Of a stretch of 64,000 nucleotides of DNA, positions 29,587 to 41,195 are shown one piece after another. The position numbers and the translations under genes were made by a program. The notes beneath the pieces are model-generated. The model made no database searches, had not been told where the DNA came from, and saw only the letters and a program-made list of their open reading frames with translations. The number at the start of each line of letters is the position of its first letter. The stretch's first letter is position 1. The DNA comes from Candidatus Micrarchaeia archaeon (GTDB lineage: Bacteria; Chloroflexota; Dormibacteria; Aeolococcales; Bog-877). The stretch covers positions 3,958 through 67,957 of the forward strand of contig DATLUG010000006.1 of the NCBI GenBank assembly GCA_035533215.1, written 5' to 3'.

Positions 29587-30806
29587 GAGAGCTCGGGAGC
29601 GGGCGCGGCCAGGACCGTCTCCAGGTCCTTGTCCCCCCGTCCGCTGAACGAGACCAGGACCCGTGCGGACGCCGGCAGCCCGCCGGCCAGGTCACCGGCG
29701 GCGGCCAGGGCATGCGCCGTCTCCAGCGCGGGCAGGATCCCCTCCAGCCGGGCGCAGCGATGGAAGGCCTCCAGGGCGCGCCCGTCCTCGACCGCCAGGT
29801 ACCGGGCCCGGCCCGACTCCTTCAGCTGGCTGTGCTCGGGACCCACCCCGGGGTAGTCGAGCCCGGCGGAGATGCTGTGGGTGGCGCGCACCTGGCCCTC
29901 GGCGTCCTGGAGCAGGTACGAGAACGCGCCGTGGAGGACGCCGGGGCGGCCCCCGCTGAGCGAGGCGGCGTGCTCGGCGGACGCGAGCCCGCGCCCGCCC
30001 GCCTCGACGCCGAGCAGCCGCACCCCGTCGTCACCGAGGAACCCCGCGAAGATCCCGATCGCGTTGCTGCCGCCGCCGACGCAGGCCACCACCGTGTGGG
30101 GCAGCCCCCCGGCCTCGTCCAGCATCTGGCGACGGGCCTCGACCCCGATCACGGCCTGGAAGGTGCGGACCAGCCACGGGTAGGGGTGGGGTCCCACCAC
30201 CGACCCGATCACGTAGTGGGTGTCGGCGACGTGGGTGACCCAATCCCGGATCGCGGCCGAGGTGGCGTCCTTGAGGGTCGCGGTGCCGCTCGCCACCGCC
30301 TCCACCGTCGCGCCCAGGAGCCGCATCCGGCTGACGTTGACCGCCTGCCGCTCCATGTCCTCCACCCCCATGTAGACGACGCAGGGAAGGTCGAAGCGGG
30401 CGCAGGCGGTGGCCGTCGCCACCCCGTGCTGGCCGGCGCCGGTCTCGGCGACGATCCGGCGCTTGCCCATCCGGCGGGCCAGGAAGACCTGGCCGAGGGC
30501 GTTGTTGAGCTTGTGGGCCCCGGTGTGGAGGAGGTCCTCGCGCTTCAGCCAGAGCTGGGCGCCCTGGTGGTGGGCGGTGAGCCGCTCGGCGAAGTAGGTC
30601 GGGGTGGGACGCCCGGCGTAGGTCCGCAGCAGCCGGCCCAGCTCGGCCTGGAACGCCGGGTCGGCGAGGGCGGCGGGGGCGGCTTCGGCGAGCTCGTCCA
30701 GGGCGGGCATCACGGTCTCGGGGACGAAGCGGCCGCCGTAGGCGCCGAAGCGCCCGCCCGGGGGCGGCGGCAGCAGCACCGGGGCGGCCTGGTCGCGGTC
30801 AGCCAC
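29583..30806 (-). CDS. trpB: Tryptophan synthase beta chain
   Basis: [51 protein letters not shown]. Confidence 0.98.
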   Translation of the reverse strand: MADRDQAAPVLLPPPPGGRFGAYGGRFVPETVMPALDELAEAAPAALADPAFQAELGRLLRTYAGRPTPTYFAERLTAHHQGAQLWLKREDLLHTGAHKLNNALGQVFLARRMGKRRIVAETGAGQHGVATATACARFDLPCVVYMGVEDMERQAVNVSRMRLLGATVEAVASGTATLKDATSAAIRDWVTHVADTHYVIGSVVGPHPYPWLVRTFQAVIGVEARRQMLDEAGGLPHTVVACVGGGSNAIGIFAGFLGDDGVRLLGVEAGGRGLASAEHAASLSGGRPGVLHGAFSYLLQDAEGQVRATHSISAGLDYPGVGPEHSQLKESGRARYLAVEDGRALEAFHRCARLEGILPALETAHALAAAGDLAGGLPASARVLVSFSGRGDKDLETVLAAPAPELS

Positions 30807-31491
30807 GGGGGCACCCCCCTGCCCGGGCGGCGGTGCGAGCGGCGGCGACGAAGGCCCGCACCAGCAGGGGGTCCTTCACCCCGGGGGCGCTCTCCAGGCG
30901 GCTGGAGGCGTCCACCCCCGTCGCGGCGACGCGCTCCAGCGCCGCGGCCACCGTCGCCGGCCCCAGCCCGCCCGCGAGCCAGACCGGACGGTGGCACGCG
31001 ACCACCGCGGCCGCGTCCCAATCCGCCCGCTCCCCGGTGCCGCCGGGCCGCTCCGGCGTGCCGGCGTCGACGAGGATCGGCTCGGACGGCCACCAGGCGA
31101 GGAGCGGGGCGAGGTCGGGCGCCGGCTCGCGGAGGCTGAACGCCGGGATCAGGGGCCGGTCCACGCAGGTGACGATCGCGGGGTCCACCTGCCCGTCGGT
31201 GCGGTGCAGCTGGAGCGCGTGCAGCCCGACCCGGTCAGCGGTCCGATTGAGCTGGTCGGCGTCGGCGTCGACGAAGACCCCGATGCAGTCGACCCGGCTG
31301 CCGACCGCGGCCACCAGCTCCCGGGCGGTGCGGTCGTCGATCCAGCGGGGGCTGCGACGGTCGAAGACGAGTCCGATCGCGGTGGCCCCGGCGTCCACCG
31401 CCACCTCGGCGGTGGCGAGGTCGCGCACCCCGCACACCTTCACCCACAGGGGCGTCCCCCCGGCCGCGGCCGCCCGCCCTCCCGCCCTCAT
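30799..31491 (-). CDS. trpF: Phosphoribosylanthranilate isomerase
   Basis: [35 protein letters not shown]. Confidence 0.94.
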   Translation of the reverse strand: MRAGGRAAAAGGTPLWVKVCGVRDLATAEVAVDAGATAIGLVFDRRSPRWIDDRTARELVAAVGSRVDCIGVFVDADADQLNRTADRVGLHALQLHRTDGQVDPAIVTCVDRPLIPAFSLREPAPDLAPLLAWWPSEPILVDAGTPERPGGTGERADWDAAAVVACHRPVWLAGGLGPATVAAALERVAATGVDASSRLESAPGVKDPLLVRAFVAAARTAARAGGCPRG

Positions 31492-32321
31492 CGGCGGCCC
31501 GCCGTCCCGCTCGCCCGCAGGGCGGCCGCCACCAGCACCCGGCAGGCGTCGCCGGGGTCGGCCGCGCGCAGCAGCCCCTCGCCGATCAGGACGGCGTCGG
31601 CCCCGGCCGCCTCCATCCGGCCCAGGTCGGCGGCGTCCCGGATCCCCGACTCCGCCACCACCACCACCCCGGCCGGCACCAGTGGGCGCAGCCGCTCGGT
31701 GACGGCGAGGTCGGTGGTCAGCCGGTCGAGGTCGCGGTTGTTGATCCCGAGGCACCCGGCCCCGGCCCCCAGGGCGGTCTCCACCTCCCTTTCCGTGTGA
31801 ACCTCGACCACGGCGCCCATCCCCAGCTCGCCGGCCGCCCGCAGGCACGCCACCAGCACCGGCAGGGCCACCGCGGCGACGATCAGGAGGACCGCGTCGG
31901 CGCCGGCGGCGCGGGCCTCCGCCACCTGATACGGGTCGACGACGAAGTCCTTGCGCAGGCAGGCGAGCCCGCTCGCCTCCCGAGCCGCGCCGAGGTCCTC
32001 CAGCCGGCCCCCGAACTGCTCCGGCTCGGTGAGGACGGACAGGGCGCCGGCGCCGCCCGCGGCGTAGGCGCGGCCGAGGGCGGCCGGGTCGAGGTCCGGC
32101 CGCAGGCTCCCCCCCGACGGCGAGCGGCGCTTGATCTCCGCGATCACGGTCAGCCCCGGCTCCCCCAGCCGGGCCGCGAAGGGGCGGGGCGGGTCGGTCG
32201 CCGCCCGGGCCCGGGCGTGGTCCCAGAGGACCGCCGACGGCCGGGCGAGGCGCGCCGCCTCGAGCCGGCGGCGGGCGCCGTCGAGGAGCGGGCCCAGCGC
32301 ACCGCCGGTGGGCCCGCTCAC
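31488..32321 (-). CDS. trpC: Indole-3-glycerol phosphate synthase
   Basis: IAEIKRRSPS, SVLTE, LRKDF, GINNRDL, AESGI, LIGE. Confidence 0.96.
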   Translation of the reverse strand: MSGPTGGALGPLLDGARRRLEAARLARPSAVLWDHARARAATDPPRPFAARLGEPGLTVIAEIKRRSPSGGSLRPDLDPAALGRAYAAGGAGALSVLTEPEQFGGRLEDLGAAREASGLACLRKDFVVDPYQVAEARAAGADAVLLIVAAVALPVLVACLRAAGELGMGAVVEVHTEREVETALGAGAGCLGINNRDLDRLTTDLAVTERLRPLVPAGVVVVAESGIRDAADLGRMEAAGADAVLIGEGLLRAADPGDACRVLVAAALRASGTAGRR

Positions 32322-32917
32322 CCGAGCGCCCCGCTCTGGCCGCGCCAGGCGGCGGCCAGGGCGAGGAAGTTGCGGACCAGGCTGGGGCCCTCCAGGGTGA
32401 GGATCGACTCCGGGTGGAACTGCACCCCGAAGCTGGGGTGCGCCCGGTGCCGCAGGGCCATGATCACGCCGTCGTCCGCGGTGGCAGTCACGAGGAGCTC
32501 CTGCGGCAGCCCCTGCGGGTCGACCACCAGCGAGTGGTAGCGGGTGGCCGCGAACCGCAGGGGCAGCCCCTGGAAGAGCCCGTCGCCCCCGTGCTCGATC
32601 GCGCTCACCTTGCCGTGCATGACCCGGGACGCCCGCACCACCCGGCCGCCGTAGGCGACGCCGATGGCCTGGTGCCCGAGGCAGACCCCGAGGATCGGGA
32701 CCCGGCCGCCGAGACGGCGGACCAGCTCGACGGAGATGCCGGCGTCCTCGGGGATGCCCGGGCCGGGCGAGATCACGATCGCCTCCGGGCCCGAGGCCAG
32801 GACCCCCGCCACATCGACCTGGTCGTTGCGGACGACGGTGGTGGTCTCGCCCAGCGCCTGCAGCAGCTGGACCAGGTTGTAGGTGAAGGAGTCGTAGTTG
32901 TCGAGGACCAGGATCAC
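32318..32917 (-). CDS. trpG: Anthranilate synthase component II (glutamine amidotransferase)
   Basis: DNYDSFTYNL, SPGPG, GVCLGHQ, RYHSL, GVQFHPES. Confidence 0.95.
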   Translation of the reverse strand: MILVLDNYDSFTYNLVQLLQALGETTTVVRNDQVDVAGVLASGPEAIVISPGPGIPEDAGISVELVRRLGGRVPILGVCLGHQAIGVAYGGRVVRASRVMHGKVSAIEHGGDGLFQGLPLRFAATRYHSLVVDPQGLPQELLVTATADDGVIMALRHRAHPSFGVQFHPESILTLEGPSLVRNFLALAAAWRGQSGALG

Positions 32918-32951
32918 GGGGGCGCCAGCAGCGGCCGGGGCCGCGGAAGGG

Positions 32952-34466
32952 TCACGGCCCCGGCTGCAGGCCGGCGTTGGCCATCGCCACCGCCCGGAGC
33001 TGCGCCGACACCTTGTTGTCGATCTCGAGCGCCTCCTGGTCGGGGTCGCTGTCGGCCACGATGCCCGCCGAGGCCTGGGCGTAGGCCACCCCGTCCTTCA
33101 CCACGATGGTGCGGATGACGATGGCGAAGTCCAGGGCCCGGCCCCCGAACGCGACGTGGCCGACCGTCCCGGCGTAGACGCCGCGGGCCTCCGGCTCCAG
33201 CTCGGCGATCAGCTCCATCGCCCGGATCTTCGGCGCCCCGGTGACGGTGCCGGCGGGGAAGCACTCGCGCAGCACCCGCAGGGCGGAGACCCCGGGCGGG
33301 AGCTGGGCCTCCACCTGGCTGACCAGGTGCATCACGTGGGAGTAGCGCTCCACCACCATCAGGTCGGTCACCCGGACGCTGCCCGCGACGGCGACCCGGC
33401 CCAGGTCGTTGCGGCCGAGGTCCACCAGCATGACATGCTCGGCCCGCTCCTTCTCGCTGGCGGCCAGCTCGGCCTCCAGCGCCAGGTCCCGCTCCGGGGT
33501 GTCACCCCGGCGACGGGTGCCGGCGATCGGACGGTAGGTGGCGAGGCGGTCCTCGACCCGCACCAGCGGCTCCGGGCTGGCCCCGATCACGTGGAGGTCG
33601 GGCAGGGCCAGGTGGAACATGTAGGGGCTGGGGTTGATGTGCCGGAGGGCGCGGTAGAGGTCGAAGGGGGGGCAGCGCAGCGGCACCGAGAAGCGCCGCC
33701 CGATCTGCACCTGGAAGATGTCGCCGGCCAGGATGTGGGCCTTGGCCTCCGCCACCGCGGCCAGGAAGTCGGCGCGCGACCAGTTGGGGGTCGCCGGCAG
33801 CGGCGCGCCCCGGCTCGCGGCGACGGAGGCGAGCCCTGGCGGGCGGGGCCGCTGGAGGCGGCGGTGGAGCTGCTCCAGGCGCGACACCGCCAGCCGGTAC
33901 CCGTTCTCCACCTTGCGGTGCTGGCGGGTGTCGACGTGGGTGACGAGCAGGAGCCGCTGGGCGAGGTGGTCGAACACGAGCAGGGTCTCGGCGATGCCGA
34001 ACCAGGCGTCGGGCACCAGGAGGCGGTCCTGCCGCGGCGGCGGCAGCCGCTCGTACCACCGGCTCGCCTCGTACGCCAGGTAGCCGATCGCGCCGCCGTG
34101 GAAGCGGGGTGGCAGCCCCGCGACCGCGGCCACCACCCGGTCGCCGATCAGGCGGTCCACCACCGCCAGCGGGTCGTCGTAGGGGAGCTCGGTGGTCTGG
34201 CCGCGGACCGTGTGGCGGCAGACGCCGTCCCGGAAGGACAGGGTCTGGACGAAGTCGCGGCCGAGGACCGAGTAGCGGGCCCAGCGCTCCCCGCCCTCGA
34301 CGCTCTCCAGAAGGAAGGCCGGCGGCTCCGCCCCCAGCCGCAGCAGGGCGGAGACCGGGGTGTCGCAGTCGGCGAGGAGCTCGACCACCACCGGGATGAG
34401 GTCGTGGTCCCGGGCCAGCACCCGCACCTCCTCCAGCGACGGGCGCGGGGTCGGCAGGGCGGCCAC
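32952..34466 (-). CDS. trpE: Anthranilate synthase component I
   Basis: FLLES, NPSPYM, PIAGT, KERAEH.MLVDLGRND, PAGTVTGAPKIRAM. Confidence 0.95.
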   Translation of the reverse strand: MAALPTPRPSLEEVRVLARDHDLIPVVVELLADCDTPVSALLRLGAEPPAFLLESVEGGERWARYSVLGRDFVQTLSFRDGVCRHTVRGQTTELPYDDPLAVVDRLIGDRVVAAVAGLPPRFHGGAIGYLAYEASRWYERLPPPRQDRLLVPDAWFGIAETLLVFDHLAQRLLLVTHVDTRQHRKVENGYRLAVSRLEQLHRRLQRPRPPGLASVAASRGAPLPATPNWSRADFLAAVAEAKAHILAGDIFQVQIGRRFSVPLRCPPFDLYRALRHINPSPYMFHLALPDLHVIGASPEPLVRVEDRLATYRPIAGTRRRGDTPERDLALEAELAASEKERAEHVMLVDLGRNDLGRVAVAGSVRVTDLMVVERYSHVMHLVSQVEAQLPPGVSALRVLRECFPAGTVTGAPKIRAMELIAELEPEARGVYAGTVGHVAFGGRALDFAIVIRTIVVKDGVAYAQASAGIVADSDPDQEALEIDNKVSAQLRAVAMANAGLQPGP

Positions 34467-34552
34467 CTCGAACGCCAGGGCTCAGCCGCGGCCGGGGGTG
34501 CGGCGACGGCGGCTCGGGCGGACGGGAGCGGCGGCCGAGCCGAGGCCCCCGC

Positions 34553-34867
34553 TCACCCCACCACCCGGAACGTCGTGAGGGGGCTGTCGATCGGCAGGTC
34601 CCGCCGCTCCACCTGCGTCACCTCGGCGGCGGCCGGCCCCCGAGCGATCCGGCGCTCCACCCGGTCCACCGCGTCCGCCGGCCCCTCCACCACCGCCTCC
34701 ACCTCGCCGGCGTCGGTGTTGCGCACCCAGCCGCCCACCCCGTGCTGCTCGGCCACCCGGGCGGCGAACACCCGGAAGCCCACCATCTGCACCCGCCCGC
34801 GGACGGTGAGCTGACGCCGGACCCGATCCGGCCCTGGGCCGGGCGCAGGCGGATGATCCCTTCCCAT
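34553..34867 (-). CDS. acyP: Acylphosphatase
   Basis: VRGRVQMVGFR, GWVRN, VEAVVEG. Confidence 0.92.
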   Translation of the reverse strand: MGRDHPPAPGPGPDRVRRQLTVRGRVQMVGFRVFAARVAEQHGVGGWVRNTDAGEVEAVVEGPADAVDRVERRIARGPAAAEVTQVERRDLPIDSPLTTFRVVG

Positions 34868-34915
34868 CGTGGGAGGGTAGCGAAACCGGGGCCGGCGACG
34901 CGTCGCGCCGGTCCC

Positions 34916-35455
34916 TCACTTGAGGGTGGTCGCCGGCCCCTCCTCGACCCGGGCGAGCATGAAGAGGAGGTCGGAGAGACGGTTGAGGTAGCGGAGGACC
35001 TCGCGGTTGCCGAGCTCGCCCGCCCGCTCGACGCTCACCGCCCGGCGCTCGGCCCGCCGCACCACCGTGCGGGCCAGGTCGAGCGCCGCGGCCGCGGTCG
35101 TTCCCCCCGGGAGGACGAAGCTCGCCGGCAGGGGATGCCGTGCCTCCAGCTCGTGGACCTGCGCCTCCAGGCGGTCGGCGGCGTCGGGGCCGAGGGTCGG
35201 GAAGTGGGCGAGGAGACGGTCGCGCGCGTCCTTCCCGGTGGCCAGCTCGGCGCCCACCGTGAAGGCCTCCCGCTGGAGCGCGAGCAGCAGCGCCCGCGTC
35301 TCCTCGCGGGTGCTGAGGGCGCGGGCCAGCCCCATCGCGGAGATCGCCTCGTCGAGCGCGCCGTAGGCCTCGGTGCGGCGGTCGTCCTTGGCCACCCGCC
35401 CGCCATACAGGAGCTGGGTCTCGCCGCGGTCGCCGCCGCGGGTGACGATGCTCAT
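34916..35455 (-). CDS. pduO: PduO-type ATP:cob(I)alamin adenosyltransferase
   Basis: TRGGDRGET, EAYGALDE, FVLPGG, ARTVVRRAER, YLNRLSDLLF. Confidence 0.92.
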   Translation of the reverse strand: MSIVTRGGDRGETQLLYGGRVAKDDRRTEAYGALDEAISAMGLARALSTREETRALLLALQREAFTVGAELATGKDARDRLLAHFPTLGPDAADRLEAQVHELEARHPLPASFVLPGGTTAAAALDLARTVVRRAERRAVSVERAGELGNREVLRYLNRLSDLLFMLARVEEGPATTLK

Positions 35456-36405
35456 CCGGCGGCGGCCCGCGGGGCCTGCTCCTCCTCCACGTACTTGGTC
35501 GCGGCCACCGCCGCGGTGGTGGCGTCACCGACCGCGGTGGTGATCTGGCGGGTGAGCTGGGCGCGGACGTCGCCGGCGGCGAAGATCCCAGCGACGCTGG
35601 TCTGCATGACGTCGTCGGTGCGGTAGTAGCCCTGCCCGTCGTGGTCGACGTGGGCGGCGACCAGCCCGGTGTTGGGCAGGAAGCCCACGAAGACGAACAC
35701 GCCGCCGACGGCGAGCTCGCGCGGCGCCTGGCTGTGCACGTCGCGCAGGCGCAGCCCGGTGACCCGCTGGCCGTCGCCCAGCACCGCCTCGACCACATGG
35801 TCCAGCACGAAGTCGATCTTCTCGTTGGCGCGCGCGCGCGCCACCAGCAGGGGCTGGGCACGGAACTGGTCGCGGCGGTGGATCACCGTCACCCGCGAGG
35901 CGTAGCGGGTGAGGAAGCCCGCCTCCTCCAGGGCGGCATCGCCGCCGCCGACCACGGCGAGGTGCTCTCCGCGGAAGAAGGCGCCGTCGCAGATCGCGCA
36001 GTACGACACCCCGCGGCCGGCGTAGGGCTGCTCGCCGGGGACCTCCAGTTTGCGCGGCACCCCGCCGGCGGTGATGATCACCGCATCGGCGGTGGCGGGC
36101 GGCCCCTCCTCGACCTCGATCCGGTGCCGCCCGTCCGGCAGCGGGACCACCTGGGTCACCCGGGCCTGGACCAGCTCGGCCCCGAAGCGCAGGCTGTGGT
36201 CGGCCATCCGCTGGGCGAGCTCGACCCCCTTGATGCTCTCGAACCCCGGGTAATCCTCGATCAGCTCGGTGTTGAGGAGCTCGCCGCCGGGCACCTTGGC
36301 CTCGAACAGGGCGGTCCGCTTGAGCGCTCGGGCGGCGTACATGGCCGCGGTCATGCCGGCGGGACCGGCCCCGATCACCGCGACGTCGTAGTGGCGCTCG
36401 TCCAT
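35452..36405 (-). CDS. trxB: Thioredoxin-disulfide reductase
   Basis: GAGPAG, GVSYCAICDG (CxxC), VGGGDAA, HRRD, FAAGD. Confidence 0.95.
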   Translation of the reverse strand: MDERHYDVAVIGAGPAGMTAAMYAARALKRTALFEAKVPGGELLNTELIEDYPGFESIKGVELAQRMADHSLRFGAELVQARVTQVVPLPDGRHRIEVEEGPPATADAVIITAGGVPRKLEVPGEQPYAGRGVSYCAICDGAFFRGEHLAVVGGGDAALEEAGFLTRYASRVTVIHRRDQFRAQPLLVARARANEKIDFVLDHVVEAVLGDGQRVTGLRLRDVHSQAPRELAVGGVFVFVGFLPNTGLVAAHVDHDGQGYYRTDDVMQTSVAGIFAAGDVRAQLTRQITTAVGDATTAAVAATKYVEEEQAPRAAAG

Positions 36406-36417
36406 CGTGCCTTCATG

Positions 36418-37341
36418 CTACCCAGCCCGGGCCCCCGGCCAACCCCGCCAGCGGCCCACGTCCCGCCGCAGGATGGCGACCGGGATGGCGAAGGCGCCGG
36501 TGCCGGAGCGGGCGGCCAGGGTCAGGACCCCGACCACCTGGCCCCGCTCGGTGAGCACCGGCCCGCCGCTGTTGCCGGGAAAGATCCGGGAGGGCATGCG
36601 CAGGAGGCCGCGGTAGTCCCGGTTCCCGCCGCGGTCGCCGCCGACCACGGTGGCCGCCTCGTCGAGCCCCACGATCCGGGACTCGGTCACCGGCCGCCGC
36701 CCGGTCGCCCCCTCGGCGGCCAGCACCACCACCGGCTCGCCCAGCGGTGCCGCCGAGGGGGCGAGGGGGAAGGCAGGCTCGTCCAGCCCGAACACGTGCA
36801 GCAGGGCGAGGTCCCGGCGGGGATCGGCCCGCGCCACCACCGCGGTGTACTCCCGCTGGTCGGCCGCGAGCACGTGGATGGTGACCCCGCTGCGGACGAC
36901 ATGGTCGTTGGTGATGAAGTCGCCCCGGCCGTCGATCGGCCAGGCGGTGCCGAGCTCCTCGGTGCTGCGTCCGAGCGCCACCACCGTCACCACCTCGGGG
37001 AGGTCGCCGGACGCCACCCGCGCCAGGACCCGGAGGGCGGCGACGCTGGGCGCGGCGGCGAGGTCGGCCGCGCCGGCGCGGTGGAGCGCCCAGACGGCGG
37101 TGCCCAGGGTCGCGCCCACGGCTCCCAGGACGACCAGGGCCACCGCCGTCCCCGCCCGTCGCCAGGCGCGCCCCCGCCGGCCGGCGGGGGCCGGCGGGGT
37201 GTCGACCGGTGCCGGGGGCGCCGGCGACGCCGCGGCGGCCGCGACCCAGGGCAGGGGCGCTCCCTGCGGCGGAGGGTCCGCCGGGTCGGCCGGGCCCTCG
37301 CCCGGCACCGCCGCCGCTCCCGCTCCCCGGAGGCTGGTCAT
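36418..37341 (-). CDS. Membrane-anchored S1C (HtrA-like) serine protease without PDZ domain
   Basis: One TM helix; triad motifs TNDHVV, DLALL, PGNSGGP. Confidence 0.87.
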   Translation of the reverse strand: MTSLRGAGAAAVPGEGPADPADPPPQGAPLPWVAAAAASPAPPAPVDTPPAPAGRRGRAWRRAGTAVALVVLGAVGATLGTAVWALHRAGAADLAAAPSVAALRVLARVASGDLPEVVTVVALGRSTEELGTAWPIDGRGDFITNDHVVRSGVTIHVLAADQREYTAVVARADPRRDLALLHVFGLDEPAFPLAPSAAPLGEPVVVLAAEGATGRRPVTESRIVGLDEAATVVGGDRGGNRDYRGLLRMPSRIFPGNSGGPVLTERGQVVGVLTLAARSGTGAFAIPVAILRRDVGRWRGWPGARAG

Positions 37342-37397
37342 GGCATTCCACTCCCGTCGGTGCGGACGGCGTCCCGCTCCGATCGTCTGGGCCGACC

Positions 37398-37484
37398 TGG
37401 TGCCGGGAGCGGGACTCGAACCCGCACGCACTGACGTGCACAGCGCCCTGAACGCTGCGTGTCTACCAGTTCCACCATCCCGGC
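37398..37484 (-). tRNA. tRNA-Leu(CAG)
   Basis: GCCGGGATGGTGGAACTGGTAGACACG-CAGCG TTCAGGG CGCTG-long variable arm-GGTTCGAGTCC-CCCGGCACCA; 87 nt. Confidence 0.97.
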
Positions 37485-37527
37485 CGGTGCTCCGAGATGC
37501 TATCGCAGCGCCGGGGGGCCGGGCGGC

Positions 37528-37758
37528 TCAGCTGATCCGGATCTGGATCAGGGCGATGACCGCGAACGCGAAGCCGAGGGCGATCGACACGTGGAAGAGC
37601 GTGCGCTCCAGCCCGCGACGGGTGCGATAGCCGCCGCCGCCGTCGGAGCCGCCCCCGATGGTCCCACCGAGGCCGCTGGCCTTGGGGGTCTGGAGCAGGA
37701 TGGTGGCCATGATCACGATGGCGATGGCCACGTCCAGAGCGCCGAACAGGGTCTTCAT
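37528..37758 (-). CDS. secG: Preprotein translocase subunit SecG
   Basis: ILLQ..K.SGLGG.IGG...YRTRRGLERTL; two TM helices; followed by tRNA-Leu. Confidence 0.93.
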   Translation of the reverse strand: MKTLFGALDVAIAIVIMATILLQTPKASGLGGTIGGGSDGGGGYRTRRGLERTLFHVSIALGFAFAVIALIQIRIS

Positions 37759-38291
37759 CCTCGCTCCACCGTCATGTCAGCCGGGAGTATAGCCCCGCCC
37801 GCAGGCGCTCCCGGTCCCGGCCCGTCCTGCCCCGGGGGACCACCCGTGCCCGGCGGCCCGGGGACCGCCACCTCCGGCACCATCGGGACGGCGTCGAAGC
37901 GGCGGGCGGGCTCGTCCAGGACCCAGGCGGTGGCCGCCGCCACCCGGCCCCGCTCGACCGCGATGACGACGTAGTGGTAGCCGGGCCAGGCGCGCTCGGT
38001 GTCGAACGGGCTCGGTCTGGCGGGGTGGTCGGGGTGGGTGTGGTAGAAGCCGACCACCTCCAGGCCGCGCTGGCGGGCGAGGCGGTCGGCGCGCAGGATG
38101 TCGGCGGGGTCGAGCTCGTAGCGGTCCAGCCGGCGCTCCTGGACCAGGTTGCGTCCCTCGACCACCACCGTCACCCGGGTCACATCGCCCGCCGCCGCCC
38201 CGACCAGGACCCCGCACCCCTCCTCGGGATAGGCGGCGGCGGCGAGGCGCCAGAGACGCCCGGCCTCGCCCTCCTCGACCACCAGGGTCAT
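37755..38291 (-). CDS. mec: M67/JAMM metallopeptidase (Mec-like)
   Basis: YPEEGCG and YHTHPDHPARPSPFD (HxH-x7-S-xx-D). Confidence 0.88.
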   Translation of the reverse strand: MTLVVEEGEAGRLWRLAAAAYPEEGCGVLVGAAAGDVTRVTVVVEGRNLVQERRLDRYELDPADILRADRLARQRGLEVVGFYHTHPDHPARPSPFDTERAWPGYHYVVIAVERGRVAAATAWVLDEPARRFDAVPMVPEVAVPGPPGTGGPPGQDGPGPGAPAGGAILPADMTVERG

Positions 38292-39244
38292 CGGCCCGCG
38301 GCCCCGAAGAGCCCGGAGCTGAGGTAGCGATCGCCGCGGTCGCTGAAGATGACGACGACCACGCCATCGGTGAGCCCCTCTCGGATCAGCGCGCGCACCC
38401 CCCACAGGGCCAGCCCGGAGGAGTGCCCGGCCAGGATCCCCTCGCGCAGGGCCAGCTCGCGGCCGAGCGCATAGGCGTCGCCGGTGGGCCCGTACAGGCG
38501 CCGGTCGGCGAGGGCGGGGTCGTAGATGCCGGGGACGATCGCCGCGGCCATGAACTTGAGGCCCTCCAGACCGTGGAAGGCGTCGTCCGGCTCCAGGCTG
38601 ATGCACTGCACCTTGCGGTTGTAGGCACGCAGCCGCCGGGTGCAGCCGACGAAGGTCCCGCTGGTCCCGAGGCCCGCCAGGAAGTGGGTGACGGTCCCCC
38701 GCGTCTGCTCCCAGATCTCCACCCCGGTGGTGTCGTAATGGGCCTGCCAGTTGGCGGGGTTGTTGTACTGGTCGGGGACGAAGTAGGCGTCGGGGTTGGC
38801 GTCGTGGACCTCGCGGCAGCGCAGGATGGCACCGTCGCTGCCCTCCTGCGGGTCGCTGAAGACGATGGTGGCCCCGTACGCCTCGCACAGCTGGCGCCGC
38901 TCCTCGCTGACGTTGGCCGGCATCACGAGGGTCACCCGGTGGCCGAACGCCGCCCCCAGCATCGCGTAGGCCACCCCGGTGTTGCCGCTGGTGCTGTCGA
39001 GGATCACCCGATCCCTGGTCAGCGCCCCGGTCCGCTCGCCCTCGCGGAGCATCCGCAGCGCGGGACGGTCCTTCACCGAGCCGCCCGGGTTCATGAACTC
39101 GGCCTTGGCGTAGACCGCCAGCCCGGGCGCCTCCCGCTCGAACAGGCGGATGCGCAGGAGGGGGGTGTTGCCGACACAGTCGGCGATCCCGCGACCGCGC
39201 TCGGGCAGCACCAGACGCAGCGGCGAGGCGGACGACGGCACCAT
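38288..39244 (-). CDS. cysM: Cysteine synthase, CysM-type
   Basis: VGNTPL, KAEFMNPGGSVKDR, STSGNTG, QYNN, GLGTSGT, DRGDRYLS. Confidence 0.88.
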   Translation of the reverse strand: MVPSSASPLRLVLPERGRGIADCVGNTPLLRIRLFEREAPGLAVYAKAEFMNPGGSVKDRPALRMLREGERTGALTRDRVILDSTSGNTGVAYAMLGAAFGHRVTLVMPANVSEERRQLCEAYGATIVFSDPQEGSDGAILRCREVHDANPDAYFVPDQYNNPANWQAHYDTTGVEIWEQTRGTVTHFLAGLGTSGTFVGCTRRLRAYNRKVQCISLEPDDAFHGLEGLKFMAAAIVPGIYDPALADRRLYGPTGDAYALGRELALREGILAGHSSGLALWGVRALIREGLTDGVVVVIFSDRGDRYLSSGLFGAAGR

Positions 39245-39261
39245 ATTCCCGAGTCTACCAG

Positions 39262-40674
<1,413 letters not shown>

Positions 40675-40687
40675 CTACCCTCGATCG

Positions 40688-41182
40688 ATGACCGTCCGAC
40701 GCCCCCGCCTCACCGGCTCGCAATGGGTGCTGCTCGGCGTCGTCGTCTTCGTCGTGGCCGCGGTCGGCGGCGACGTGCTCAGCAGCCTGCCCAGCAGCCT
40801 TGCCTCCGGCGCGGGCGCCCCCCGGGCGCAGCTCAACGGACGGCTGCCGGGGCGACCGCTGGTGGTCGGCCGGACCGCCACCCTCGACCTCGCCCTGGAC
40901 CTCACCGCCGGCGGCGCCATGAGCCCCGCCTGCGTCGCCGGCAACCTCACCCCGGTCTTCCGGGTGGTGCGGGTGACCGTGCTCGACACCAGGTCGGGGG
41001 CCTGGCGCAGCGGCGAGAGCTGTGGGGGGATCCTGGAGGCGCGGGCGGTGGTGCCGGTGGTGATCACGGTGGTGCCGCGCTTTCCCGGTCGGTACGCCAT
41101 CCACCTGGTCCCCGCGGTCCGGCACCGGCGGGTCGGCAGCGGGACCAGCGGGCTGGTGACGATCGTCGCCGGCGGCGGGTGA
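40688..41182 (+). CDS. Hypothetical single-pass membrane or secreted protein
   Basis: N-terminal basic stretch plus TM helix, beta-rich C-terminus with two Cys; TACCCT 6 nt before the ATG. Confidence 0.65.
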   Translation: MTVRRPRLTGSQWVLLGVVVFVVAAVGGDVLSSLPSSLASGAGAPRAQLNGRLPGRPLVVGRTATLDLALDLTAGGAMSPACVAGNLTPVFRVVRVTVLDTRSGAWRSGESCGGILEARAVVPVVITVVPRFPGRYAIHLVPAVRHRRVGSGTSGLVTIVAGGG

Positions 41183-41195
41183 GGTCGCCCCTCCC

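Noticed and set aside
37398-37484. Integrative element at tRNA-Leu
   Set aside because: No integrase and no duplicated tRNA 3' end found; flanks look like core genome
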